Of a stretch of 64,000 nucleotides of DNA, positions 32,540-43,962 are shown in pieces. The position numbers and the translations under genes are program-made. The notes beneath the pieces are model-generated. The model made no database searches and was not told where the DNA came from. It saw nothing but the letters and a program-made list of their open reading frames with translations. Position 1 is the stretch's first letter. Each line of letters begins with the position of its first letter. The stretch covers positions 64,001-128,000 of the forward strand of contig CAVZSQ010000001.1 in assembly GCA_963777955.1 (NCBI GenBank). The letters run 5' to 3'. Source of the DNA: Calditrichia bacterium (GTDB taxonomy: Bacteria > Calditrichota > Calditrichia > JAJRVZ01).

Positions 32540-32760
32540 GTAAAATCTTTATCTGCGGTGCGAAGTTCATCGGTAGCAAGCCGCGGTTAATTATTTGTCG
32601 ATTTTGTATAATCCAAATAAGTCGTATATTCGACCGGTTGCAGTGACGGATGGTCAAGGGTAACTGTATTCATGCATCTTAATTTTAGTAAACTTCCGAT
32701 TATTTCCCCTTTCTGGTCATTAATAAATCATACTTTTAAAAAGTTCAGGAGAATTCATTG

Positions 32761-33798
32761 ATGAAGAAAATGAAGGCGCTGGTTAAAAAATTCAACAAGG
32801 TCGGCTTGTGGCTGGATGAGGTTCCCGTACCGGAAATGGGGATCAATGATGTACTGATTAAAATCAGAAAAACATCCATATGCGGAACAGATGTCCATAT
32901 TTATAACTGGGACGAATGGGCCCGCAAGACAATTAAAACCCCGATGGTGATAGGACATGAGTATGTTGGCATGGTGCAGGATTTTGGCAGCAATGTGCAT
33001 GACCTGAAAAAAGGGGATTTGATCAGCGGCGAGGGGCATCTGGTCTGCGGGCATTGCCGTAATTGCCAGGCCGGCCGGCGCCATTTGTGCAAGGATACCA
33101 AGGGCGTGGGGGTTAATCGTGACGGGGCCTTTGCCGAGTACCTGGTGATTCCGGCCAGTAATATCTGGGTTTGCAAAGCCAAAATACCGGAAGAAGTGAT
33201 CTCGGTTTTTGATCCCTTTGGAAATGCCGTGCATACGGCTCTTTCGTTTGATCTGCTGGGGGAGGATATCCTGATTACCGGTGCCGGACCAATCGGCTGC
33301 ATGGCGGTGGCAATTGCCAGACATGCCGGGGCCAGGTATGTGGTAATAACGGATATAAATCAGTATCGCCTGGATCTGGCCAAAAAAATGGGCGCAACCC
33401 GGGCTGTCAATATTCACAAAGAGAAACTCAGCAAGGTAATGAAAGATCTGGACATGAAAGAGGGTTTTGATGTGGGTCTGGAAATGTCGGGCAGCGAGCA
33501 GGCTTTTAATGAAATGATTACTAATATGTGTCACGGGGGAAAAATCGCTCTGCTGGGCATCCTTAAATCCAATACCGCCATCGACTGGGATACCGTCGTC
33601 TTCAATGGTTTAACTATCAGGGGGATTTATGGCCGGCAAATTTTCGAGACCTGGTATAAAATGACCGCCATGATTCAAACCGGACTGGATATTTCGACCG
33701 TAATCACACATCGCTTTCCTTATGCTGATTTTATACAGGCCTTTGAACTGATGCGCTCGGGAAAATCCGGGAAAGTCATACTCAACTGGGCCGATTGA
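32761..33798 (+). CDS. tdh: L-threonine 3-dehydrogenase
   Basis: [28 protein letters not shown] and GAGPIG; upstream of kbl. Confidence 0.96.
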   Translation: MKKMKALVKKFNKVGLWLDEVPVPEMGINDVLIKIRKTSICGTDVHIYNWDEWARKTIKTPMVIGHEYVGMVQDFGSNVHDLKKGDLISGEGHLVCGHCRNCQAGRRHLCKDTKGVGVNRDGAFAEYLVIPASNIWVCKAKIPEEVISVFDPFGNAVHTALSFDLLGEDILITGAGPIGCMAVAIARHAGARYVVITDINQYRLDLAKKMGATRAVNIHKEKLSKVMKDLDMKEGFDVGLEMSGSEQAFNEMITNMCHGGKIALLGILKSNTAIDWDTVVFNGLTIRGIYGRQIFETWYKMTAMIQTGLDISTVITHRFPYADFIQAFELMRSGKSGKVILNWAD

Positions 33799-33828
33799 CC
33801 GCCCGGCTGATTAAAGAGGAGTACTAAA

Positions 33829-35014
33829 ATGTTCGGATCCATGCAAACGGTAGTTCGGGAACAGATCGAAGCAATTAAAAACGAGGGTCTCTATAAAGAG
33901 GAACGCATCATTTGCAGCCCGCAGGATGCCCATATTGAGGTGAAGGGGGGTAAGCAGGTACTGAATCTGTGCGCTAATAATTATCTGGGTCTGGCTGCGC
34001 ATCCTCAGGTCATAGCTGCTGCTATGGACAGTTATAAACAGTGGGGCTACGGTCTATCCTCGGTGCGTTTTATCTGCGGTACCCAGGAAATACATAAGCA
34101 ACTGGAACAACAGATCTCGGAATTTTTAGGCACAGAAGATACTATTTTGTATAGCTCCTGTTTTGACGCCAATGGGGGATTATTTGAAACATTACTGACG
34201 GAACAGGATGCGATTATCAGTGATGAACTTAATCACGCCAGTATCATTGATGGTGTTCGTTTGTGCAAAGCCCAGCGTTTCCGCTATCTGAACAGCAACA
34301 TGGCTGAACTGGAGCAAATATTAAGGGAAACGCAGGCGAAACAGGTTCCGCATGATCGCCACGGATGGTGTATTTTCCATGGATGGTTATATTGCCAACC
34401 TGAAAGATATCTGTGAATTGGCTGAAAAATATAATGCCCAGGTTATGGTCGATGATTCACATGCGGTAGGTTTCATCGGCAAAAGCGGACGGGGATCCCA
34501 TGATTATAACGAAGTAATGGGACGGGTGGATGTGCTCACTGGTACCCTGGGCAAGGCGCTGGGGGGAGCCAGTGGCGGTTATACCAGCGGCCGGAAAGAA
34601 ATTGTGGAATTACTGCGTCAACGGTCACGTCCTTATCTTTTTTCCAATACTGTGGCCCCGGCTATTATCATGGCGTCGCTGAAAGTCCTGGAACTACTGA
34701 CCAGCACTGATCAACTGCGGAAAAAATTGATGGAGAATACAGCATACTTCCGCGCTGAAATGACGAAACTGGGATTTAATATTTTAGCGGGCATTCATCC
34801 CATCGTGCCGGTAATGCTTGGAGATGCTGTGCTGGCCAAGCAAATAGCGGCACGCCTGCTGGAGAAAGGTGTCTATGTAATCGGTTTTTCTTTTCCGGTA
34901 GTACCCAGGGGCAAAGCACGCATACGTACCCAGATCTCGGCAGCACACTCTCATCAGGATCTGCAATTTGCCATTCAGAAATTTGCAGAAGTGAAGGAAG
35001 AATTTAAAATCTGA
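33829..35014 (+). CDS. kbl: Glycine C-acetyltransferase (2-amino-3-ketobutyrate CoA ligase), frameshifted near 34345
   Basis: [25 protein letters not shown] and [10 protein letters not shown] (PLP lysine). Confidence 0.95.
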
Positions 35015-35067
35015 ATAGGTAACAGGGACAAGGACAAAGGCTCCGAAAGGTTAAAGGCTAAAGATCA

Positions 35068-36175
35068 CTACCTCGGAGGTATGTTCTTTGTTCCTTTTTC
35101 CTTTATCCTTATGCCTTCTATTTCAATCCAGCTCAAAACTTCTTTAATCCGCTGTTTCTGCTTCTCGTCCTTTGACCATTTCCAGCGCTTTGGTATAATT
35201 TTTAACCGCTGATTTTTTATCCCCCTGTTTGGCATAGGCTTCGCCCAGGCTGTCATAGGTATTCCAGGATTGCGGGTGGCGGGTGATATTCTGTTTAAAG
35301 ACTTCAATTGCTTTATCAGTGTTACCCTGATTCAGATACTGATAACCGAGATTATTCATTTCAGCTTCAGTGGCCAGGCCAAGGGCTTTATCCTTGAGTT
35401 TGGTTGCTTCTGCGGTCTGGCCCATTTTTTTCAATATTCCGGCTTTGGTGGAAAGATTGGTATAATTTTCATTCATACTGATGGAGCGATCGATCCAGGT
35501 TAAAGCTTCCGGGAAATTAACATTTTCCTGCAAACAGTAAGCGGCAGCCTGGTTCCAGCCTTGCCAGAAAAATTGGGGTATTGACTTCAATTCGTTATGG
35601 ATGCTTTTAAGTACCACGGCATGTACGTCTAGCTTGATTGGAAAACTGATTTTGACTTTTTCCCATTGCATTACGGCGTTTACGGAACTGTCTGTGGCAT
35701 CCTCAAAATAGTACAGCAGCCTCTCTTTAAAATCTCCGGCCGTCAATGGTTTTACTTTTATACGCGCAGCATCTTCTTTCTCATCATAAGCATAACTTCC
35801 CCAGGCGGTGTACGCGGTGCTGAAAATAAGGGTCCATTCATTTTCCGTGGGAATAAGATGAAATCCATAAGTCCCGGCAGGCAACTCTTTTCCACCGATC
35901 TGGACCGGATCACTGAAATTAAAGGTGGTATTTTCATTGGCTCCGGCCCGCCAGACTTTATTATAGGGAACCAGACCTCCCCATATTGGTCTGCCTTTCA
36001 CAGCAGGCTGATGATAGGTAATGGTGATTTCGGCTAAACCAACGGTCTGGGTGACCACCGCTTTGGGACTGGCTTCCGGCAAGGTCAGTTCTGGTTGGCC
36101 AAAACTTACCTGGCTTAAAATGAAAAGGAGTAAGAGTGGGGACATTAAAGAAGAAACAGCAAAACGATGTTTCAT
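35068..36175 (-). CDS. DUF2911-domain protein with C-terminal TPRs, frameshift at the C-terminus
   Basis: SPKAVVTQTVG...Y..P.VKGR.IWGGLVPY..VWRAGANE and TPR YDSLGEAY. Confidence 0.85.
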
Positions 36176-36374
36176 AAAGCCTCCTGGATCTAAAGTAATT
36201 ATTTAAGTAATGAATAAATATTTAAGGTGATTAATTAGGTATAACTACGAGAAGTCTGGTTAAAAGTTGCTATGAGTGGTCATTTCGGAAAAGTTATTTT
36301 TTAGTTTGTTTATAATGATCAACCTCCCGGCAGATTTCTCCGAAGAGTATATCTCTACTAATTTTGATCAATAT

Positions 36375-36544
36375 AGATCCCGGATTCTGTCTGCGCCAGG
36401 TCTTCGACATGCCCGGGATGACTCCTCCCGGATCGTCTCGACTCCGCTCGACGACCGGTCTATTGTTCCCCGAGCGAAGTCGAGGGGGCGCCGAATACCT
36501 CTATGCTTTTACTTTGTCTCTTTGTCCCTCTGTCCCTTTGTATC
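36375..36544. repeat. Cluster of REP-like elements and octamer repeats
   Basis: 36375-36422 is the reverse copy of 19825-19872. TCGACTCCGCTCG / CGAGCGAAGTCGA arms follow, then CTTTGTCT-like octamers at 36512-36544. Confidence 0.7.
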
Positions 36545-36548
36545 TTGT

Positions 36549-37922
36549 TTAAGCAATACTCCTCTTCCTCATCTCCATATCTTTTCCCATCCATTTCCTG
36601 GCCAGGAACAGGGTCAATGGACTGAGGATGGCAATACAGCCATAAACGAGCCACATGGTTTCAGTATTTAACTGTTCAACAGGAGTATCAACCGGGCAGA
36701 ATTTGGTCAGGAACCAGCCTGAATAAAGACTGGTGATGAATTTTGTGAGAAACCAGGGAAACTGGCCGATGCCCATATAGATTCCGGTCATATTTTTAGG
36801 GGCAATTTCAGCAATCCACTGTAAAAAGCGTGGCTGCCACATTGCTTCTCCTATAGTCATTATAATCAGATAGGCAAAAGCGTTGTAAATGGTTGGACCT
36901 GTAGCCAGAATAAAAGTAGGGACAGCCATGACCAGGGTTCCCAGAATCATCATCTTGTAAGTATCCTTTTTGGCGGTCAAAGCCGCGACCATGGGAGCGA
37001 GTATAAATATAAGAATGGGATTGAAATTCACAAAAAACTCAAAATTATTACTTACATATCCGGTAAAAGCGCGACTGAAATATTGGGGCAAAGTGAGCCA
37101 GTTGTGTGCGAACAGGGTTTGTACCGGGATCAGGACGAAAATAAAAAACATAAAACGGGCATCTTTGAGGGGTATATTCTTAATATAATACTTAACTTTA
37201 TCTTTTAAAGATTCCTGCTCAGCTGATTTTTGTTCAGATTCACTTTGAAAATTAACCGAAGCGGATTTGATAACCTTTTTGGTTAAAATTACCGCGACCA
37301 GGATGATCTCGATGGCAGTGAGAGCCACAAAAACCCAGTAAACTCCCAGAATGCTATAGGCATGGCGCACAGGCGGAGAAATCAGACCCGGTAAAAATCC
37401 GCCCAAATTCATCAGTCCATAGAGCATGGCATATCCCATGGCCGAAGTTTTTGCAGTAGTAAAACGTCGGATAGCCGAATAACAAGCCGGTTGGTATATA
37501 CCCAGACCGATAATTATACCCAGAATTCCCAGCATGGCAACCAGATGCGCTGATTTCCAAATCCCGGCAGGACCGATTGTGGGAGCCAGGGTTAATAGTA
37601 TCCTGCCGATTAAGAAGGAAAACAAGGCGATCAGGATTGCTTTGCGTACACCAAGCCAGTCAACTGTTGCACCAAGAAAAAGCATGGCCAGCGTTATACC
37701 CCAGGTTTGAATACCCACCATCAGTCCGGCATCGATGTCATCCAAACCAATGTAGTTGTTGAAGTAAATGGCCAGTAAACCCAGTACGCCAAAGTAGGTT
37801 AATCCCTCGATCAGATAGGTTAGATTTACACCCCACAGGGCACGGGGTGCTTTTAACAGATTAATGAATGGCTCGGTTATTTCTTTTAACGGACTCTTTT
37901 TTTCAATCGGATTGGTATCCAC
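36549..37922 (-). CDS. MFS transporter (POT/peptide-transporter-like)
   Basis: IEGLTYFG (ExxxYFG-like), about 12 TM segments, MTIGEAMWQP. Confidence 0.8.
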   Translation of the reverse strand: MDTNPIEKKSPLKEITEPFINLLKAPRALWGVNLTYLIEGLTYFGVLGLLAIYFNNYIGLDDIDAGLMVGIQTWGITLAMLFLGATVDWLGVRKAILIALFSFLIGRILLTLAPTIGPAGIWKSAHLVAMLGILGIIIGLGIYQPACYSAIRRFTTAKTSAMGYAMLYGLMNLGGFLPGLISPPVRHAYSILGVYWVFVALTAIEIILVAVILTKKVIKSASVNFQSESEQKSAEQESLKDKVKYYIKNIPLKDARFMFFIFVLIPVQTLFAHNWLTLPQYFSRAFTGYVSNNFEFFVNFNPILIFILAPMVAALTAKKDTYKMMILGTLVMAVPTFILATGPTIYNAFAYLIIMTIGEAMWQPRFLQWIAEIAPKNMTGIYMGIGQFPWFLTKFITSLYSGWFLTKFCPVDTPVEQLNTETMWLVYGCIAILSPLTLFLARKWMGKDMEMRKRSIA

Positions 37923-37940
37923 AGTGGTCTCCTTGGTTTA

Positions 37941-37977
37941 TTGTCTTAACCCGGGGCAATGCCCCGGGTTAAGACAA
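37941..37977. repeat. Long perfect hairpin (REP-like or IS200/IS605-end-like)
   Basis: TTGTCTTAACCCGGGGC-aat-GCCCCGGGTTAAGACAA. Confidence 0.7.
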
Positions 37978-37994
37978 CCTGTACAATTTCCCAG

Positions 37995-38023
37995 TTGACA
38001 TTAAATCGGCCAGACGGTAAATT
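37995..38023 (+). promoter_or_regulatory. Sigma70 promoter of tRNA-Ala
   Basis: TTGACA-17 bp-TAAATT, ending 11 bp before the tRNA. Confidence 0.7.
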
Positions 38024-38034
38024 TACATCATTCT

Positions 38035-38098
<64 letters not shown>

Positions 38099-38107
<9 letters not shown>

Positions 38108-39545
38108 CTCAAACTTTTTTGCCACCCTTGATCCGGCATAGCCAATTTCAATTCCCAGCATGCTAAGTTCATCCGCTAAGGTCAGGACATTATTAACGAA
38201 TCCCTGTCTCTCCCGGCGCGGAGCTCCGGGTTTGATCCATTCCGCTTCGGTACCCAGACAAAGTTCGGGGATGATCCCGTATCCTCCGGGAACCTTTCCA
38301 GAACGGTGAGAGGGTGAAATTGTATAGCCCAATTTTCTGGCTGTAGCAATGGTCTGTATGGTTCTGACGATGGTACCGGCCTGATTGGGTTTGATTAGGA
38401 TGGAATTAGCACAATCCGACAGTCTTTCGGTTTCCGCGGCATCGGTTACGAATAAATCGTCCCCCTGCAACTCCACATGACCGCCGATTTGTTTCATCAG
38501 CATATGCCAGCCCAGCTGATCTTCCGAGTTCATACCATCTTCGATAGAACGAATACTATAACGATCAACCATGGTGCTCCAGAATTGAACCATGCCTTCG
38601 GCATTCAGCGGTTTTTCACCCGGATTCAGGTCATATAGAAATTTGTCCGATCCCTCTTGCTCCGGACGCGAAAACTCTGATGCTGCTGCATCCGCTGCTA
38701 TTACGACTTTTCCGGTCAAGCCGGCTTTTTCGATCGCTTTTGCCGACAGTTCATATACTTCTTCCGGTTTGGTCAGAGCCGGAGAAATACCGGCCTCAAA
38801 TCCCACATTATCAACCTTGGCAATTTCAATAATTTTTTTCAGTACCTCAATGCCCATGAAAAGCGCTTCTTCAAAGTTTTTTGCCCCGATCGGTGCAACT
38901 TTTGTTTCCTGCAGCCAGATATAGGGTAATCCGTCAGGTCGTTTGGTTCCGGAATGACGGCCGAAGTTTAAAATATTAAATTTGGGCAAGGGCGCTACCA
39001 GACCTTGCGTATTGAGTTTCTTGCCTTGAATATGTAATAATATTGCCCGCATAGCCAGGGCAGCGGGCAGTTCGTAATAGGCAGCCTGGGCATCCAGCAG
39101 GGCCACTGTTGCAGCAATAGCTACCTCCGAGCCGATACCGCTGGTAGGACGTGCATTCTCAAGTTTCCTTTGTACAGCCAACTCCCGGTCTAAATCTAAA
39201 ACAATCTGGTCAACCACAAAGGGATTCAGTAATTCCGGTCCTTTTTTATTTAATTTTTTCTCCAGGGTAGCGACATGTTCAATGGCCGACTTGTAATTAT
39301 TCAGAGCTCTGTGGTTCCCTGACTCCCCCGGAGGTAGCCATCGGTGCCACACCGGTACCCATAAATATTTTTCCGTTTATTTCTAAAGCAGCCGTTACGC
39401 CGAATGTCCTGAAAGGCATAACCTTGGTACCCGCATATTCTCTGCCCAGCAATTTGACTTTGACATTGATTTTTGCTGTTTTACCGGCAACCAAAGATTG
39501 CATTGCCTCCAGCACATCCGGATTATAAACTCTTCCAAAAGACAT
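38099..39545 (-). CDS. Divergent enolase-family protein, frameshifted near 39320
   Basis: DAAASEF, SIEDGM, GDDLFVT, ILIKPNQAG and SHRSG. The N-terminus lies in ORF 39297-39545, which has an AGGAGG RBS. Confidence 0.8.
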
Positions 39546-39749
39546 ATTAAAATCCTCCTTTATTCTTCATTTCTTTTGAAAAAAATATAATAAACTGACC
39601 ATTAATATTCAAACAATGTGACTCTTTTATTCAGATCCCTGTATGACTGTATGTTCAGAGGAATATTATCCATTCATGATAATTAAATTGCGGTGATGAA
39701 ATAGAATTGATATTTTACTTAAGTAAAGAGTAAGCATCTGGAGAAAAAG

Positions 39750-40936
39750 ATGAAGATATTAAAGACTGCTATTATTGGTTCAGGATTTATGGGTTCTGCT
39801 CATGCGGAAGCGCTGCGGCGGATTGCCGGAGTGGAAATACTGGCTATTGCTTCGGATGATCTGCCCCGCGCCAGAGAACTTGCCGAATATTATGATATCC
39901 CTAATATTTTTGATAACTGGCGTGATGCTACTCATCATCCCGAGGTCCAGGTCATTCATAATTGCACGCCCAACTATCTGCATTACGAGATCAACAAGGC
40001 TGTCATCCAGGCCGGAAAACATATTGTGTCGGAAAAACCTTTAACTGTCAACAGCCGTGAATCTGCCGACCTGGTAAATCTGGCCAAAAAGAGAAATGTG
40101 GTTACGGCGATAAATTTTAATTACAGGTTTTATCCTTTAATTCAACAGATCAGACAGATTATATCCAGCGGGGAATTGGGCCCAATTTATTTAATCCATG
40201 GCAATTACCTGCAGGACTGGTTAATTTATGATACCGATTATAACTGGCGTCTGGAAACTGACCAGAGCGGAAAATCCCGGGCTATCGCCGATATTGGTTC
40301 GCACTGGTGCGACCTGGTGCAATTTGTCAGCGGCTTGACGATTGAAAAAGTGTGTGCGGATCTGATTACCATTCATAAACAGCGGAAAAAACCAAAACAT
40401 GCTATCGAAACGTTTAAGGGAAAAGAGGAATCCGCCAGCTCCGCCAGCGCTCCGCCGGCTCCGCCAGCGGAGAATTTGATTCCATTCCTATCCGCACTGA
40501 AGACGCCGGTTCAGTCCTGTTGCATCTTTCCAGCGGAGTAAGTGGTGTTTTTACGGTCTCCCAGGTGAGTGCCGGACGTAAAAATCACTTCAGCTTCGAG
40601 ATCGACGGGGCCCGAAAATCAGTTTACTGGAATCAGGAGGAACCTAACCAGTTATGGATTGGTTACCGCGAAAAGGGAAACGAAGTAATTATTAAGGATC
40701 CTTCTTTATTAGCTAAAAATGTGCGCCAGTATGCACATTATCCCGGCGGTCACCCCGAAGGATATGCGGAGGGGCCTAAAAATTTGTTTAATAATGTCTA
40801 TACTTATATCCGGCAGCAAAAGGATCCATTAAAAGATCCTGCTGATTTTCCGACCTTTGCTGACGGCTACCGGGCTAACAAGATTGTGGAAGCAATCATG
40901 AAGAGTAATACGAAGAAGGCGTGGGTTAAAGTATAA
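39750..40936 (+). CDS. Gfo/Idh/MocA oxidoreductase, frameshifted near 40450
   Basis: [23 protein letters not shown] and PGGHPEG. Confidence 0.9.
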
Positions 40937-40952
40937 ATAGGCTCAAAGGCAC

Positions 40953-41016
40953 TGACCCTCCCCAGGCCCCTCCCTATCAGCCAAGAGGCTGATAGGGAGG
41001 GGTAGGGGGTGGGTCA
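40953..41016. repeat. REP-like GC-rich hairpin
   Basis: CCCCTCCCTATCAGCC-aaga-GGCTGATAGGGAGGGG with outer TGACCC/GGGTCA arms. Confidence 0.65.
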
Positions 41017-41064
41017 CCCAGGTACACAAATTATACTTAGAATCGATATAATTAAGGGGATAAT

Positions 41065-41991
41065 ATGAAAATCGGCTTTTTAACGGCATGTCTGCCGCAA
41101 TTGAGTCTGGAGGATCTGTTAAAATGGGCGGCACAGCAGGGCTTTCAAACACTGGAACTGGCTGCCTGGCCATCGGAAACAGAGCGGGATTACCAGGCTA
41201 AACAAATTGATGTTGTCAATTTTAAAAAAGATGACGCCAGGAAAATGAAGGATCTGCTGGCTAAATATAATATGTCTGTCTCGGCCATGGCCTATTATGA
41301 AAACAATCTGCATCCGGATCTGCAGAAGAGGGATTTTTATATTAATCATTTACACAGGGTCATCGATGCTGCGGCCTTGCTTGGGGTACCCCTGGTCGGA
41401 ACTTTTGTCGGCGGGCGTGCCGATCTTTCAGCAGCAGAAAATATAAAAGAATTGGGAACGGTATTTAAAAAAATTACCTCCTATGGCAGTGTCAAGGGTG
41501 TAAAAATCATGATCGAAAATTGCCCGATGATAAACTGGCAGCAGTTTGGCCTGCCGGGCAACTATGCCTATTCACCGGAATTATGGTCAGCACTCTTCAA
41601 TGAAGTTCCGGCTGAAAATTTCGGACTTAATTTCGATCCCTCCCATCTTTACTGGCTGGGTATCGATTATATCCAGGCAGTCAAGTATTATTCCAAGAAA
41701 ATCTTTCACGCCCATGCCAAAGATACCGAGATATTGCCGGAAGGTAAGTTCCGCTATGGTATATTGGGCCGGCAGATCGATCCTCAGTCCTGGAAATCCG
41801 GCTGGTGGCGTTACCGTATCCCCGGTCTGGGTGAGATTGACTGGAATAGATTCATCGCCACCCTGCAGGAGCAAGGTTATGATAATGTACTATCCATTGA
41901 ACATGAAGATCCGGTGTGGGAGGGGACAGCAGAGAAGGTCAAACAAGGCTTGCAACTGGGCTTAAAACATTTAGCCCAATTTGTTCTATAA
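41065..41991 (+). CDS. Sugar phosphate isomerase/epimerase (xylose isomerase-like TIM barrel)
   Basis: MIENCP, NFDPSHL, HAHAKD and SIEHED. Confidence 0.9.
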   Translation: MKIGFLTACLPQLSLEDLLKWAAQQGFQTLELAAWPSETERDYQAKQIDVVNFKKDDARKMKDLLAKYNMSVSAMAYYENNLHPDLQKRDFYINHLHRVIDAAALLGVPLVGTFVGGRADLSAAENIKELGTVFKKITSYGSVKGVKIMIENCPMINWQQFGLPGNYAYSPELWSALFNEVPAENFGLNFDPSHLYWLGIDYIQAVKYYSKKIFHAHAKDTEILPEGKFRYGILGRQIDPQSWKSGWWRYRIPGLGEIDWNRFIATLQEQGYDNVLSIEHEDPVWEGTAEKVKQGLQLGLKHLAQFVL

Positions 41992-42002
41992 ATTTTTTAA
42001 TT

Positions 42003-42043
42003 TCGCCTTCGGCGACCTACTTTTTGTCTGGCCAAAAAGTAGG
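42003..42043. repeat. Double hairpin (repeat element or terminator)
   Basis: TCGCC-ttc-GGCGA followed by CCTACTTTTTG-tctggc-CAAAAAGTAGG. Confidence 0.5.
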
Positions 42044-42318
42044 CAAGTCGGGACTCAAACATAAATTCGCGAATAAAAAAATCATTCTGAGTAATTCTAA
42101 TATCCACAATATGGTAGAATTATATGATCAATTAAAAACAAAGTCATATTCTGATAAACATTTATTCAAGCCGATATACTTCTTGATCTCAAAGTAATTT
42201 TGACCATTCTTCTGGTAAGTTTTCACCAACAGCCTCAAAAAAGAGGTTAATCATCGTCGCAAGCGTACGCCTTGACCATATCCTTAATTCAACTAATGTT
42301 AACGCGAATAAAATTAGC

Positions 42319-42362
42319 TTGACTTTGCAATAGTTGTATAATACATTAGTTGCGTAATACAT
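42319..42362 (+). promoter_or_regulatory. Promoter and tandem operator of the marR-hgcAB operon
   Basis: TTGACT-17 bp-TACATT. Tandem 16-mers TAGTTGTATAATACAT and TAGTTGCGTAATACAT; the first contains the palindrome TGTAT-A-ATACA. Confidence 0.65.
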
Positions 42363-42873
42363 GGATAGGAATAATCAAATGGATATTCAAACCATACAGA
42401 ATTTCCGCCGGAGCCTGCGCAGTATCGAGCGGGAGGTGGAACAGCAAATCAAAAATGACACGGTCTGCTGCGGTGTCTCCCTGGCACAATGCCATGTACT
42501 GATGGAGTTGGGTCTGGGCGGGGGCATGACCATTGCTGAACTGGCGGAAATTATCAAACTTGATAAAAGCACCCTCAGCCGTACCATTGATAGTCTGGTG
42601 CAGACAGGCCTGGTAGACCGCACTATCGATCCCGCGGACCGGCGCTATATGCAGATTAAACTTACCGAACAGGGTCATAAGGTTTTCAATGACATCAACA
42701 CCGGTTGTAATCAACTTTATTTGAAAGTATTTGATTTGATCCCAACTGCGAAACACAAACAGGTAATCGATAACCTGGGACTCTTTGCCAGGGCACTCGC
42801 AAAGGTGCATAAAGATGAGTCTGCCGTTATTAACTGTTTCTGTGCGGTTGATGATAGAAAGGAGAAGTCATGA
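42361..42873 (+). CDS. Cys-rich MarR-family transcriptional regulator
   Basis: wHTH (TIAELAEIIKLDKSTLSRTIDSLVQTGLVDR...DRR...LTEQG) plus CCGVSLAQCH and a C-terminal CFC. Its stop overlaps the hgcA start (ATGA). Confidence 0.92.
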   Translation: MDRNNQMDIQTIQNFRRSLRSIEREVEQQIKNDTVCCGVSLAQCHVLMELGLGGGMTIAELAEIIKLDKSTLSRTIDSLVQTGLVDRTIDPADRRYMQIKLTEQGHKVFNDINTGCNQLYLKVFDLIPTAKHKQVIDNLGLFARALAKVHKDESAVINCFCAVDDRKEKS

Positions 42874-43949
42874 GCGATACCTGTGGACCCTCCTGCTGCG
42901 GCAGTCAGAATATAAACAGCGGGGTATCAATACAGCCGTTAATCGATGCCGACTGGATCAGCGGATACATGGCCACCAGTATAGGATTGGTTCCTACCAT
43001 CTCAACCGATCTTGACCGTAGTGATCGGTTAAGTGCGGTAAAAGTACGCTGGGGGATCGGACGAATGAATTATCAGATTCCGCCGGGTCTCTATGCAGTT
43101 GGTCAACCGGGAGCATCATCGCCGGTACTGGTCAGCGCCAATTACAAATTAACCTTTGACCGTGTACGTTCACAGTTAAAGGATATAAATGCCTGGATTA
43201 TGGTGCTGGATACCAAGGGCATCAATGTCTGGTGTGCGGCAGGGAAGGGGACATTCGGGACCAGCGAACTGATAAACAGAATCCGCTTGACCCGCCTGGA
43301 CCAGATAGTAAGCCATAATAAACTTATTCTGCCGCAACTTTCTGCTCCGGGTGTTGCCGCACATATCGTTAAAGAAATGACCGGATTTAATATTAAATAT
43401 GGACCGGTTTATGCCCATGATCTTCCTGAATATTTCCGGAATCAATCGCGGATTATCCCGGAAATGCGGCGGATCCGTTTTCCGCTTAGAAACCGTCTGG
43501 CCCTAATCCCGATGGAACTAGTACCGGCACTCAAGTATATTCCCATCTTTCTGATCTGGCTGGTGATCATCCAGTTCCTGCGTGACCGGCATTTGTCTTT
43601 TTCGATACTGACCGAATTTGTACCATATTTTATAGCCGTTCTCAGTGGATCTGTGTTGTTTCAGATCCTGCTGCCCTGGTTGCCGTTCAGGTCGTTTATC
43701 GTCAACGGCTGGTTGCTGGCTGCAGCATTGATTGTAACAACCGGTGTATGGACCGGAACGAATGTTCTATCCCTTCTGCCATTGTTGTTGATACTGCCGC
43801 CGGTTTCGGCTTATCTGGCGGTTAATTTCACCGGGTCAACTACTTTCACCTCATTATCCGGTGTGAAGAAAGAACTGGCCTGGGGTATCCCGCTGATCAT
43901 CGGTTCAATCATAGTCGGAATGGTCATCCAGATTGTCATGGTAGTGTGA
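42870..43949 (+). CDS. hgcA: Mercury methylation corrinoid protein HgcA
   Basis: Cap-helix motif INVWCAAGKGTFG, SANYKLTFD, LPQLSAPGVAAH, C-terminal TM helices and NFTGSTTFTSLSGVKKE. Confidence 0.97.
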   Translation: MSDTCGPSCCGSQNINSGVSIQPLIDADWISGYMATSIGLVPTISTDLDRSDRLSAVKVRWGIGRMNYQIPPGLYAVGQPGASSPVLVSANYKLTFDRVRSQLKDINAWIMVLDTKGINVWCAAGKGTFGTSELINRIRLTRLDQIVSHNKLILPQLSAPGVAAHIVKEMTGFNIKYGPVYAHDLPEYFRNQSRIIPEMRRIRFPLRNRLALIPMELVPALKYIPIFLIWLVIIQFLRDRHLSFSILTEFVPYFIAVLSGSVLFQILLPWLPFRSFIVNGWLLAAALIVTTGVWTGTNVLSLLPLLLILPPVSAYLAVNFTGSTTFTSLSGVKKELAWGIPLIIGSIIVGMVIQIVMVV

Positions 43950-43962
43950 GGAGGATTTTAAA

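Noticed and set aside
32540..32757. Riboswitch upstream of tdh-kbl
   Set aside because: No glycine, T-box or other aptamer consensus was recognised; only weak repeat-like arms (TTAACCGC...GCGGTTAA).
32755..33534. 259-aa antisense ORF
   Set aside because: Codon-symmetry shadow of tdh.
42870..43949. HgcA as a selenoprotein, or as an ordinary CdhE/AcsC subunit
   Set aside because: There is no in-frame TGA. The cap-helix motif, TM tail and adjacent hgcB identify it as HgcA.
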